A stretch of DNA of 64,000 nt from Eledone cirrhosa (GCA_964016885.1 OZ024740.1:136276001-136340000), one strand, 5' to 3'; counted from the first letter of the stretch, positions 11,839 through 24,990 are shown. Notes: a model not told the origin generated them from the sequence alone. Program-made: numbers and translations.

Positions 11839-13495
11839 ATGCAACAACCCAAAGAACCAGCGGCACCAGCAACAGCAACAACAACAACAACAATGCGACG
11901 GACGAAAACAACACCAATAACAATAACAACAACAACAAGACCAATAACTGTGATAACAACAACGATGATAACAACAACACCACCAACTACAACAGCAACA
12001 CAAACAAACAAAAAAATTCTCCTTCGCCGAGACGGCAAGGAAAACCCTCGACTATCTGCCAGTAGATATAACCAAAGCGAAGGAGCTACTGGCAGATGCC
12101 AAAAAATATATAGTGTACGGGGAAAATGGTTCATTCACGATCCATTCCCCCCCCCCCCGCCCCCCGGAATTAAAAAGCCAGAGACTCCTAAACACTGTCA
12201 TGTTTAGGACAATCTCGAATAAAAGCAAAAAACCAGCTCAACCATCACAGAGTGAGATAGAGCTGGTTTTAAAAGACGTCATGAAGGACATCACCTTCAT
12301 TCAGAAGGATAGACTCTACGGGAGTCTATCCATTCTCATGAAGGACAGGGACACAGCAGTGAAACTGTCCATCAAACCAATCACATCCACCGCATACACC
12401 TTCTACCCTACGTACATGGGTAGAAGAACACAAAAAATAAAAATCCACACCATCCTGCCGATTATGGACATATGGTGGGTTTTGACAGGTTTCCTGGACC
12501 TGGATGATGACACGCTGGTGTCCATGGGAAAGGCATCGGGTGACGCGTTCAGTGGAACGAGCTTCGAACTTGTAGTTCAAATGAGGCCCGAAAGGATCGC
12601 CCAGATCCCTGAACGCGTCATACTGGATGATCAAACTTTCATCAACATTACCGTTGAGTGTAGGCGGCCCTCGTGTTACCTCTGCGGAACCAGAGGTCAC
12701 CTGAGGGCTGTCTGTCCCCAACTTAATAAGAAAACCCCAATCCTGCCTACACCACCAACAACTGCACAACCAACACAATCACCACAACTACCACTACAAA
12801 AACAACCACCACAGCTCAAACCAAAACAAAACAATGTCCAACCCATCCCCCCCACTCAAAAAACAAAAACAATTTCCAAAACACCCGCACCGCAAACACA
12901 ACCCGAAAATATACCCCTCCCCTCCAACGCGGAAGATGACCCTAGTTCGTCGTCAGACGAGGAGGAGCACTTCCACACAATCAAAAGAAAAAAAAGAAAA
13001 CACACATCAGACACACAAATGAAAACAACCCCTCCACAAAACATAAGACTGACACCAACACAAAAGAGCTCACAACAACAGCAAACAAAAAACACCACAC
13101 AAAAACAAAAACATGCATACACATACATAAGCACAAGAAACAAAAAACTGTTAAACATTGTGTACAATAACAATCTAATAAAAACCCAAGGGCCTAACTT
13201 CTACCAGGCAGGGGATTTCCCCCACCTCAAAATGATTAAGGCCCCACAGGACACCTATAAAACTTTAAAAAACAACTTTAAAGAGGACGTGGGTCCCCCC
13301 TGCGTCGGGCCCATTAACCGCGTCCTCCTAAAAAACTACCCCACCCCCTCCCCAAACACCCACACAACTCCAAACTCCCCAACCACACAACACACTGATG
13401 CCCCTACACTTCCACAAACCACCACCCCACCCAACAACCCATCCCCCACCCTAATGGAAATTGTGCAGCCCGATACCCGGGACGCAGAGAGATAA
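11839..13495 (+). pseudogene. Tx1 ORF1 (gag-like; probable frameshift near 12000-12110)
   Basis: CYLCGTRGHLRAVC zinc knuckle with Thr/Pro/Gln-rich linkers. Confidence 0.8.
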
Positions 13496-13524
13496 GTGCC
13501 TTTTCTCTTCACCACCAACAGGGC

Positions 13525-16500
13525 GATGCTAAGAGTAGGCTGTTTAAATGTGCGTGGCCTGGGCTCAACTTGGAAGCAAGCAATGCTTCTAAATGACCTC
13601 AGGTCACAACGTATAGATGTGATGGTTATTTGCGGGGCCCGGATCAGCAACGTGCGACAGCTGGCCCCCACCTTTGATGACTTTGAGATGCACGCATCTC
13701 TCTGTCAGCCCGGAGGTGGGGGTGGGGTTGTCGTTCTGCTGCAAAAACATCTGGGTCTCGCAACACAGATGGTACATTTGGACCCGGAGAGTCGACTAGT
13801 GGTTCTGGACCTTGGCAGTGGTAAAGGCGGAGCGTTTAGGTTGGTAGCCGCCTACGGCCCTTTCGGGTCAATGCGGCCGGACTTCTTCCATCGTCTGGAG
13901 ACTTTTCTAGGGACGTCCCGCTCCTTGCTATTAGTGGGGGACTGGAATGGTATCCTAGATGCACGCTGGGACTACGTAGGGGCCTGTCCCGATAGAGAGG
14001 GGTGTAATAGCCTCAAAGGGTTAATCGGTCGATTTGACCTGGCCGATAGATATCGACTAGATTTTCCGACTGCGCCAACCTGGACTTGGGCAAATCGTAG
14101 CGGATCATCTAGGTCGTACCTAGATAGGTTCTGAGTTAGAATTAAGGATAAGGACTTTTTAAGTTGTCCAAAAATGCGCATGGTTGGCTATTCAGACCAC
14201 AAATTAGTGACCGGCATGGTCAACCTTGACAGAACTCATAGACAGGGACCCGGTTACTGGAAGCTCAACTTGTCCTTACCGGCAAGTAAGGCTTACAGGG
14301 ACCGGATTAGCACTTTAGTTAAGGAGCGGTTGACGGGCGCAATCGTCAACAGCAGGTGGTGGGGATCTCTCAAAAGAGAGATTAGAGTAGTCTCTATAGA
14401 ATTTAGTAAGGAGTTAGCCTCAAATAGAAATAGGAAGGAAAGGGAGTTGGTAGATAGTGTAGAAGAGGCAATTAGAAGCGGCGACGTGGCCAGAGTGCTA
14501 GCGTCGAGAACGGCCCTGGGCCAGTTCTTCGACGCGAAACACGAAGGCTGCATCGTCCGAAGCAAAATACGTGCTCTGGGAAACGAGGGGACCAAAGCTG
14601 TTAGCTGGGCCCGCGTGACAGAAGCCAAAAGAGGGAGCAGATCCACTATCCGGTCTTTGCGAGACCAGGGTGGACGGGTGATCCTTGAGCCTAAGCAGAT
14701 GTGCGAGGCTTTTCAAAAGCACTTTGCCGGATTGTTCGGAAGAGGCGGGGAGCCGGTTGGGGATGTGGACTTCGGTCCATACCTTGACGGCCTGCCGCGT
14801 CTCTCGGACAGGGAGGCGAGTCCTGCGAGGAGCCGATTTCAGCAGCTGAGATAGAGGACGTGATGAGCCAATGCGGCAAACGCAAATCCCCGGGTCTCGA
14901 TGGTCTTCCATACGAACTATATCTAGCTATGCCGGACTTGTTCCCCGATCTCCTCGAGGCGGTCTACTGCAACTGGCAACAGAACGGGAGAATTCCCTGT
15001 GCTGTGACCAAGGGCGTAGTCACGCTAGTGAGGAAGGACGAGAACAAGGGGGACGATATAAATAATTTCAGGCCCATAACTCTGCTAAATACAGAGTTAC
15101 AGATTTTGGCCAAGGTGCTAGCAAAGAGGTTGGCGCTTAACGTGGGTAACCTGGTTGGAGATGTGCAGACATGTGCTATCCCGTCCAGGTCCATCCATGA
15201 CAACCTCCACCTCATGCGATACATCATAGAGAGGGTTGGGAACGAACCCGGCTTTGGTGGGGCCCTGATTAACTTGGATCAATCTAAGGCATTCGATAGG
15301 GTCGACCATGGTTACCTGGATGCGGTGCTAGCGGCGGCAGGCTTCGGACCCGTTTTCAGGGGCTGTATCAATGCCATGCACAGCAGCCGCATCTGCTCTA
15401 GGGTCAAGGTGAACGGCTACCTCTCGGAGCCGTTCGAAATCGCGCTGTCCATCCGACAGGGGTGCCCTCTCTCCTCCCTTCTGTATGTAATGACTCTAGA
15501 GCCACTGCTGCGGAAGTTGGAGTTGTTGCAGGGCATCCCGTTGGAACCGGGATTGCGGAAAGCGGTGTCAGCCTACGCCGATGACGTAACAGTAATGGTG
15601 TCGACGGCCTCGGAAATCGGGGCGATCGGCACCTTACTGGAGGAGTACGAAAGGTTTACAGGGGCTAAGCTGAACCGGGACAAGTCGATCGGTCTGCAAC
15701 TCGGCACGTGGAGGGGCAGATCGATGCCCTCCGATGGCGTCGTCGGGCGCTGGGAGGAGGGCCCGGTGAAGTTGCTCGGGGTCTGGTTCGGACCAGACCT
15801 CCAGGTGGAGAAGAACTGGGGTGAGGTAACGAACAGGGTGTTTGCACTGACCCAGAAGTGGGCCGAGTGCAAACTGTCCCTGAAAGGTCGGGCGGAGGTG
15901 GCGAACACTTATATAGCGTCCGTCATCTACTACCACCTGACCGTCGTGCCTTGCCCAAGGGAAACGCTCGCCAAAATGGAGCGCGCACTCTTCCAATTCC
16001 TTTGGAAGAAGTGGGCTCCTATGGTGAGGAGATCCATCTGCTGTCAACACCCTTCGAAAGGAGGGCTGGGGATGCCGTGGCTAATGATACGTAAACACGC
16101 ATTAAGGCTACGGCACCTTCAGGTATTCCTCTCCGGTCAACCGGTGTGGGCACCGTTTGTGAGGCGAGCCTTTCCCAGACTCGTCTCACTCACCGAGCTG
16201 CAATCCTGGGTCAAGCAAAGACCGAGAAAACTGGGCGCCTGGCACACCGAGTGTGCCCAGGCGCTCACGGCTCTCTGGCAGGCGGACCCGGCTGTCAGTG
16301 GAGAATCCACCTCGTCATTCTATAGAGGGCTGGTGGTTAGCGGGTGCGACGACGCCCTCGGAGAAGCCCTAGGCATGGAGGAAGACGAACTGGCCAACCT
16401 GTTCGGTAGGACATTCAGCCCGGGACCCATGGATAACTTCCAGAGGTCCCTGGCCTGGCAATGCTACAGAAGGGCTTTGCCCGTTCAAGAAAGGCTCTAC

Positions 16501-16878
16501 AGACACGGGCGCCCGGGTAGGGACCCCTCGAAATAGATCTGTCCCAGATGCGTGTGCGACGAGGAAACCGTTGCACACGCATTGATACACTGTTCGGGCA
16601 TTGCCGATCTGTGGGGCTATGTCGAACAACTGCTGTCAAGGGTGGGACCGATCCGGTTGACCACCGAGTCTATTGTAACGATCAAGTCGCCTCCCCTCTT
16701 CCAAAACGAAGAAGAGGCAGTGTTTCTGTGCGTAATAGCCATGGCGAAAGAGGTTGTATGGTGGACGCGTCTGAAAGGACTGAGGTCAGACACCTTTCTC
16801 TCTGGCCAACAACTGATCCGTTTCTTCCGATATCATTTCGGAAGAAACGATATTATTTATAACAAAGTCCTCTATTGA
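13525..16878 (+). pseudogene. Tx1 ORF2 (APE endonuclease, reverse transcriptase, zf-RVT), disrupted
   Basis: LNVRGL, GDWN, SYLDR, SDH, SPGLDG, FRPITLLN, DQSKAFDRV, RQGCPLS, YADD. Stops at 14132 and 16534, frameshift near 14820, 3' deletion near 16846. Confidence 0.92.
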
Positions 16879-17035
16879 GGACTTTGTTATACATTTTATT
16901 TTTTGTCATATTTTATTTTATTTTTATATATTGTTATTGCCACCTCCTTATTGAGGACGCCTTGTTTTGTAAACTCCCCCCATTGTACTTGTCCCGCTTT
17001 TGATGCCCTGGTGGCAAATAAAAGAAACAAATCTA

Positions 17036-17070
<35 letters not shown>

Positions 17071-17074
<4 letters not shown>

Positions 17075-17677
17075 AATATGGGTGAGAAGAATACTGCATT
17101 GTTGCACATGAATAACATGTTATAAAATGAGTCCCTCATCAGTGATTTACCAAACGATCATGGGTATTTCATCGCATTAAAAATCATATACCTCACGTTG
17201 GAGCGATAATAACTAAAATAAGTTATTAGGACAATAGAAACGCGTAAAGCGAGTGAGACAAGTAAACAACACAGGGGGAAGCTAACCGAAGATGGAAATA
17301 AACACAAGCAACATAGTTATTCTTTCAGCATAAGCTGTGTGAATATATGCGCGAGTCAGAAACAGACCTTTCGCTCGTGAATCCGGTGTTAGAAAGAAGG
17401 AAGGAAAACCGTTTTCACAGCGAACAGGAGGAAGAAAGAAGGGGAGAAACAGGGACTGAGTGAGTGGGAGTGCGAGGAAGAGGTCAGTAGAGAGAAAGTG
17501 TTAACTGATATGGCAGAGAGGACGAAAGAAAGTAAGAGAAACAGAGAGAACGAGGGAGCAGTAAGAGAGAAAGAGAGAAACAGAATTGCAGTTTGGGTAA
17601 ATATATGAAAAATATGGGTGAGAAGAATACTGCATGGTTGCACATGGATAACATGTTATAAAATGAGTCCCTCATCA

Positions 17678-17679
<2 letters not shown>
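17071..17679 (-). mobile_element. 609-bp non-coding cassette with 73-bp terminal direct repeats and a relic HHR
   Basis: 17071-17143 repeats at 17607-17679; the minus strand begins aCTGATGAGGG; (TA)n on both sides. Confidence 0.65.
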
Positions 17680-17742
<63 letters not shown>

Positions 17743-18279
17743 TATTTATATATAGAGAGAGAGAGAGAGATACAATTATTTATATATATAATAGCAGAAA
17801 TGCCTGGCGTAGCTCGGAGTTTAATTGCTTTAAAGTACTCTTAATGATTCCACTCAATTATGATTATTGAGGCAAAGAAAGTAAATACAGGTAAGCAAGA
17901 AAGGAGGGGTAGCGAAAAGTGAGTACTAAGCAATTTGTATGAAGAATGCACGTCAAATAGTAGGTCAAACCCGTCTGAGTTATAGCACAAAAGAGCGTAA
18001 ACAGGGGCGATAATTTGGAGCACAATGGAAAAAAAATCATCAGAATCGGACGTTTCTGAAAAAGTCTTCTCATTATTTTTTTGTCTCATATTGCTAAAAA
18101 CAAAAAAACAAAAAAATACAAAAAGGACAACAATAAAATATAATGTCTTTGTTGAGATTCAAGTAAATAAATGCTTAAGCGTCGTTATGACTACGTTTGT
18201 TGTATAAATTCATCTGTTGCTTTTGAATATTTGTTATTTGATGTAAAATGTAATGCTGTAAAATGTAATGGTCAAATAA

Positions 18280-18516
18280 CGGTCGCTCTCCGACAGGTTT
18301 GCGGCCGTACCCCTGGCAGTGGAGACTTCTGGTGTCCTCGGCCCCAGGGCTACCTCCTTACTCACCACCATAGGCGCTGAGCTGGCCAGCCGCAGGTGTG
18401 AGCCCCGCGAGTTGGAGTGGCTTTTCCAGCGCGTCTCCCTTGCTGTCCTCCGGGGAAACGCCTTCTCCATTCTGTCCGCCGGGGCTGTGGATGGGCCCCA
18501 TCGCGTACCGTTGTAG
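18280..18516 (+). pseudogene. C-terminal fragment of an RLE-type (CRE-like) non-LTR retrotransposon
   Basis: GC-rich island reading FAAVPLAVETSGVLGP...WLFQRVSLAVLRGNA. Confidence 0.7.
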
Positions 18517-18644
18517 TTGTTGTATACAGATATTAACTCACTTTGAAATTGTTTTGAATGAAATGTATTTAGTTTTATCGGCTTTTTAAGTTTTGTTATT
18601 TGATGTATGAGCGTCGTTATGACTATGTTTGTTGTTGTATAAAT

Positions 18645-21626
18645 CAGGGGTCGGCAACCCCCGGCCCGCGGGCCACATCCAGCCCTCGAGTGATTTTTGT
18701 CCGGTCCGCCATCTTACACTGGACACTAATTATCTAATTAGTATCGAATATAGATACAGTAGTTCACTTCAAGGTTGTGCCGACGTCATACCCATCACAA
18801 ATCGCTGCTCATACCGTATATATTTACAGATACCTTTAAACCTTATTATATTTTCCATTTGTTATTATTTCCTCTTATCCATCTTTTTCTGGGCTCTCCG
18901 CCAAGCCTTATATCACCTGTATTATTATTTCCTGTGATTTCATGTATGTGTTTTTGTTCCAGTCAACAAACACAAATGTTGGCTGGAAGTATGTATTTTC
19001 GTCAGCGACTGGAAGGTATACTACCTTAGGTTCGCATGACTCGCTTTTATACACATATTGTCATTCAATAAAATCACTCGTGAATTATTGTCGTCTTCGT
19101 TTGCCTGACCTTACCTGTGCCCCCTCGGCACAAGGTAAAGCTGTCCTTGGAAAAATTACTTCGTTCCCTCCTCCCCAGAGTATTTTCATTTGATTTTGTT
19201 GTCTGGTGGTATAACAACTATACAGTAGGTATCTTTATTCGATAATAACGTTTATTTAATTATTTGTGATAAATTGTGTGAATTATTATTATTAGAATTA
19301 GGCCAAAAGTGGTTTAAAAAAACAAATGGCAACCCTGATCTAACAACGTTGTTAGAAACCTGGTTTTATATAATTTATTCACAATTATCATATTTTATCG
19401 CATTACTGTATTTGCATTTACATTTATTTTCATTGTTTCTTATTTCTTCATTCTGATTATTATACTTTTTGTTCTTTTTCCTTTCCATAAATCTATTTTG
19501 TTTGAACAAAAACAAGTCCATGGAAGCTAAGAAAAGAAAAGTGGATTTGGAGTGCCGAACTTTTAACGATGGCTGGACACTTAGCTATTTTTTCATTGAG
19601 CACTTCGGAAAATGTGTTTGCTTAATTTGTCAAGAAACCATTGCCGTGAAGAAAGTTTCAAATATTAAACGGCACTATGAAACTCGTCATAATCATTACA
19701 ACAGTTTTACTGGAAAAGCACGAGTAAACGAAGTTGCACGGCTGAGAAATAATGTAACAAAGCAATCATCCTTTTTCACTAGAAAGGTTAAAGAAAGTGA
19801 CCGAAACACTCGTGCTAGCTACGAGGTGTCAAAACTAATTGCAGAAAGGATGAAACCTTGTACTGATGGAGATTTCTTCAAAGAATTATTGCTGAAGATA
19901 GCGGATGTTGTTTGTCTAGAAAAAAGGGAATTATTTTCTGCGATCAGCTTATCGGCAAGAACAGTAACAAGGCGAATTGAAGAGCTGGCAACAAATGTCA
20001 GAAGTGGCTTGGAGGGCATTTTAAATAATCTGGAGTATTATTCCATTGCTATGGATGAAACCACAGATATGAAGGATACTTGTCAACTTGCAGTGTTTGT
20101 GAGGGGTGTAACACCAACATTTAATATTGTGGAATAATTTGTACAATTGATTCATATAAAGGACCACTAGCACTGGAGCAGATATTTTGGAAAGCATAAT
20201 AAAATGGATTACCGAAATGAATCTGGATTTATCAAAGCTTTCTGGAGTAATCACAGATGGAGCACCAGCAATGGTTGGAGAGAAAAAGTGGTTTGTTGCA
20301 TTGCTTCAAAACCACATCAGTATTGATCAAAAACTAATCAAACTTCATTGCATTATTCATCAAAAAGCATTATGTGCAAAGTAACTGAATTTTAAGGACA
20401 TCATGGCAGGGGTCGTGAAAACAGTGAATTTTATAATGTCAAGAGGACTAAATCACCGCCAGTTTCAAGAATTTCTAAAACAAATTGAAGCAGAGTATGG
20501 CGACCTTACATATTTTTCAAATGTTCGATGGCTTTGCCGCGGAAAAATGATAGAACGAGTATATGCATTGAGAGAAGAGATTTCTATGTTTTTAGATAGC
20601 AAAGACCAAGATAATTCTTACTTTCAGGATCCACAGTGGGTTGTCAAGTTAGATTTTTTAGTGGACATCACGACCCAATTGAACACTTTGAATATTGAGC
20701 TTCAAGGAAAGAACAAGGTTGTATTTGAGATGTTTGTTCAAATTACTGCTTTTGAGAGAAAATTTCGACTGTGGGAATCACAACTTCAAAAAGGAAATTA
20801 CTCTCATTTCCCAAGTCTCCAAAATCACAAGAGAGATATAACACCAGACATCTTTGTGAGCTCTATTAAGGATTTGAGAAGCGAGTTTTCCTCTCGTTTT
20901 GCTGACTTCCGGCAATATGGAACTCTAAGTTATTTGGTACTCCTTACGAAACAGATGTGGAGCAAGTGACAGAAGAATATCAGTTGGAGTTAATTGACTT
21001 ACAGTGCGACAAATCTTTGAAATCGAAATTTCAGTTCGAATCCACTGCTGACTTCTACAAGAAATATATATTGCCAAGCGGAAAATATAAAAACATCTTG
21101 ACTAATGCGAAATTGATATAATTATTTTGAAGTACATATGCTTGTGAACAACTTTTTTCCAAAATAAAATATACTAAAAGTAATTTAAGAACAATGTTGC
21201 GTGACGACCACCTGGATGATGTTTTGCTCCTGTCATCGACAAATATTTCACCTGATGTGGAGAAGTTATCGCACAATAAGCAGAAACAAGTGTCTCATTA
21301 AATCATTTACCATTTCTAACTGTACTTCGTTTGTAGCAAGGAATTTGCCTTTTTTTTTTTTTTATTGTGATAGTAGTTGTTTTTCTGTTATTCCTGCAGT
21401 AAAATAAGGAATTTGCTTTTTTTATTGTTGAATGTGTTTGTAGTTTTTTTTTTTTTAATTTATTCCTGCAGTAAGATAAGGGGCCTTGTTAAAATAAAAT
21501 TATATTAAATTCCTTGTTTTGCTTTAAACCTCCAGAAAATTTATTTACATATTTAATAACATGGCCCTCCTCCATGACACTGCATAGCTGTTTGGCCCTC
21601 TCTCTCCAAAAGGTTGCCGACCCCTG
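18645..21626 (+). mobile_element. hAT DNA transposon (Charlie/Buster/SPIN-like), complete ends
   Basis: Perfect 15-bp TIRs caggggtcggcaacc (18645-18659 and 21612-21626); 8-bp TSD gtataaat (18637-18644 and 21627-21634). Confidence 0.97.
19520..21300 (+). pseudogene. hAT transposase (GTF2IRD2/EPM2AIP1-like), disrupted
   Basis: CVCLIC..KRHY zinc finger, DETTD, TDGAPAM, HCIIHQ, VRW, STYACEQLFS; several stops and frameshifts. Confidence 0.92.
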
Positions 21627-21696
21627 GTATAAATTGATGTGTTCCTTAGTTTTCAAAGTTTATGTCGCGTTCCTGAACGAAGTTTGTGGCTGTTAG

Positions 21697-23345
21697 AATT
21701 GCAGAAGAGATTGAGAGGAGAGTAGAGGGAGGGATGAAACTTTTAAAGAGAATTGCAGAGGAGAGTAGAGGGAGGGATGAACCTTTTAAAGAGAATTGCA
21801 GAGGAGAGTAGAGGGAGGGATGAACCTTTTAAAGAGAATTGCAGAGGAGAGTAGAGGGAGGGATGAACCTTTTAAAGAGAATTGCAGAGGAGATTGAGAG
21901 GAGAGTAGAGGGAGGGATGAACCTTTTAAAGAGAATTGCAGAGGAGATTGAGAGGAGAGTAGAGGGAGGGATGAACCTTTTAAAGAGAATTGCAGAGGAG
22001 ATTGAGAGGAGAGTAGAGGGAGGGATGAACTTTTTAAAGAGAGTTGCAGAGGAGATTGAAAGGCGAGTAGAGGGAGGGATGAACCTTTTAAAGAGAGTTG
22101 CAGAGGAGAGTAGAGGGAGGGATGAACCTTTTAAAGAGAGTTGCAGAGGAGATTGAAAGGCGAGTAGAGGGAGGGATGAACCTTTTAAAGAGAGTTGCAG
22201 AGGAGATTGGGAGGAGAGTAGAGGGAGGGATGAACCTTTTAAAGAGAGTTGCAGAGGAGATTCAGAGGAGAGTAGAGGGAGGGATGAACCTTTTAAAGAG
22301 AATTGCAGAGGAGATTGAGAGGAGAGTAGAGGGAGGGATGAACCTTTTAAAGAGAGTTGCAGAGGAGATTGAAAGGCGAGTAGAGGGAGGGATGAACCTT
22401 TTAAAGAGAGTTGCAGAGGAGATTGGGAGGAGAGTAGAGGGAGGGATGAACCTTTTAAAGAGAGTTGCAGAGGAGATTCAGAGGAGAGTAGAGGGAGGGA
22501 TGAACCTTTTAAAGAGAGTTGCAGAGGAGATTGAGAGGAGAGTAGAGGGAGGGATGAACCTTTTAAAGAGAGTTGCAGAGGAGATTGAGAGGAGAGTAGA
22601 GGGAGGGATGAACCTTTTAAAGAGAGTTGCAGAGGAGATTGAAAGGCGAGTAGAGGGAGGGATGAACCTTTTAAAGAGAGTTGCAGAGGAGATTGGGAGG
22701 AGAGTAGAGGGAGGGATGAACCTTTTAAAGAGAGTTGCAGAGGAGAGTAGAGGGAGGGATGAACCTTTTAAAGAGAGTTGCAGAGGAGATTGAGAGGAGA
22801 GTAGAGGGAGGGATGAACCTTTTAAAGAGAGTTGCAGAGGAGATTGAGAGGAGAGTAGAGGGAGGGATGAACCTTTTAAAGAGAGTTGCAGAGGAGAGTA
22901 GAGGGAGGGATGAACCTTTTAAAGAGAGTTGCAGAGGAGATTGAGAGGAGAGTAGAGGGAGGGATGAACCTTTTAAAGAGAGTTGCAGAGGAGATTGAGA
23001 GGAGAGTAGAGGGAGGGATGAACCTTTTAAAGAGAGTTGCAGAGGAGAGTAGAGGGAGGGATGAACCTTTTAAAGAGAGTTGCAGAGGAGATTGAAAGGC
23101 GAGTAGAGGGAGGGATGAACCTTTTAAAGAGAGTTGCAGAGGAGATTGAGAGGAGAGTAGAGGGAGGGATGAACCTTTTAAAGAGAGTTTCAGAGGAGAT
23201 TGAGAGGAGAGTAGAGGGAGGGATGAACCTTTTAAAGAGAGTTGCAGAGGAGAGTAGAGGGAGGGATGAACCTTTTAAAGAGAGTTGCAGAGGAGATTGA
23301 AAGGCGAGTAGAGGGAGGGATGAACCTTTTAAAGAGAATTGCAAC
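21697..23345. repeat. Purine-rich minisatellite, about 30 units of 54 bp with 43-bp variants
   Basis: Unit agagagttgcagaggagattgagaggagagtagagggagggatgaaccttttaa; the short unit lacks 11 bp. Confidence 0.95.
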
Positions 23346-23596
23346 ATGTATGTAGTTTCATCGATTTTTGAGGGTAGTAGAGAGAGGGGTTAAGCGTGTA
23401 AGAGAGAGGGTTACAGCATGTATTTAGTTTTATCGATTTTTTCATAGAAGCAGGACATTTTTGGCAAAGTTTATTACGCGTTGACCATCGTTGGTAAATT
23501 TGGAGCACATTGGAAAAAAATCATCAAAATCGGTAGAGAAATGTGGAAATTCATAAAGATCACAGACAGACATCTTCCGTTTTATATATATAGAGA

Positions 23597-24990
23597 TATA
23601 TATTGTTATACTTGGGGAGGGTCATATTGCTGTAATAATATTGCCAGAATTAATAACAGAACGCACTGTTTGGTTGGTTTTCGCTTCTGTATCTTTTATA
23701 TCAGTTAATTCATTCGGTCCTCAATGTTTACCATTGACTGACCAACAGTCAAAAATACTGATATAATATAGATATAAACACATATATAGTCTAACAAAGT
23801 TCTTTCGTTGCACATTTGCAGCATCGTCAGTGGTGCTATTATGTTTCTCCTGTTGTATTGTATATCTACGCCATCTTTATTTTATCTGTTTATTTATTTA
23901 TTTATTTATTTTTGTCTTCTCTGCGTGTCCAGTAGTGCAAAGTTTAATATTCTGATCGCAGACTTGGTACGAGTGATGAAGAACGTGTCCCGCATGTGCG
24001 ACCCAACAGAAATGGAAAGACACATCCAACACTTCATCAACCGCATGCAGTTCTCTGGCTACAACCAAAGAGACAGAATCAGAGTATACGAAGGAGCCAC
24101 GGAGAAGTATAAGACCCTCATAGAACTGGACATGAAAGGAATTTGCCCATTATACAGGAGCAAATCATGGAATAGCTTAGATAGGACTAAACATAAGATA
24201 GGAAAAACCACCTCATGGTACGACAACCAGAGATACGAGAGTGTCATGTTCGTGGACGCTACCCCTGGAGGGAAATTAGCTAACCAGTGTAGAAAAACCT
24301 TGAGAAAGACCCACTTAAAGGTCAGGAACCACCATAAAATCCCTGATCAGCAAAACCTACCCTTTTAAGAAAACCCACTGTACTAATAGGAAATGTATTA
24401 TATGTAAAGTAAACCCCCGAATAAACTGTAAAACTAGAAACGTAGTCTATAGCATAAGATGTACAGAGGGTACTTGCAGAAACACGACAACAACATACAT
24501 AGGCGAGACAGCTCGTAGCATAGGTGAAAGGATAGACCATCACTGGGGGGAACTAAAAGGACGAAAAAACGGTTCAGTACTATACGAACACGCCAGACAA
24601 CAACATGACGGTAACATAGACAACATAGAAATTAAAATAATATCTAAACATAGAAATGACCCAGCAGATAGGTAGATCAGAGAGGCCAGCGAAATAGAAC
24701 TTAGAAGGCTAAAGCTAAACAGCAAAAATGAATGGAAAAACAACACCCAAACAATACTGACTTAAGAGTAATATAAATAAATAAATAAATAAATATATAC
24801 ACACGCACAATAACAACAAACACATAAGCACACACTAGTAAACTAAGATAGAATACAATAACCAAAACACAGTCACCCAAACGCGAACACACACCGAACA
24901 ATATACACACGCAAACGCATGCGCAGAGAAGAAGACAAAAATAAGTAAATAAATAAACAGATAAAATGAAGATGGCGTAGATATACCTAT
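23597..24990 (+). mobile_element. 5'-truncated PLE (RT thumb plus GIY-YIG) with an inverted pLTR at its 5' side
   Basis: KFNILIADLVRVMKNVSR..SGY..YRSK..FVDATPGG..YIGET; about 23860-23927 is the inverse of 24920-24986; related to 52110-54980. Confidence 0.85.
23793..23834 (-). ncRNA. Hammerhead-like motif related to family D (weak stem I)
   Basis: acca CTGACGA tGcTGCA aatg TGCAaC GAAA GAAC TT tgtt. Confidence 0.55.

Larger units (their letters stand above)
11725..17035 (+). mobile_element. Near full-length Tx1/L1-clade LINE
   Basis: ORF1 with CCHC knuckle, ORF2 with APE-RT-zf-RVT, 3'UTR with AATAAA, then (TA)n. Confidence 0.93.
17790..23597 (+). mobile_element. Non-autonomous Helitron/Helentron-like element hosting a hAT, a CRE-like fragment and a minisatellite
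   Basis: 5' atagcagaaatgcctggcgtagctcgg and 3' cacagacagacatcttccgttttatatatatagagat resemble HINE/Lep1-like termini. Confidence 0.5.

Noticed and set aside
14132-14134. TGA readthrough in Tx1 ORF2
   Set aside because: The element has other disruptions; most simply a nonsense mutation
21839-23347. Repeat-protein ORFs (RRVEGGMNLLK...) or a CRISPR-like array
   Set aside because: No unique spacers; the 43-bp units shift the frame repeatedly; this is an ordinary minisatellite
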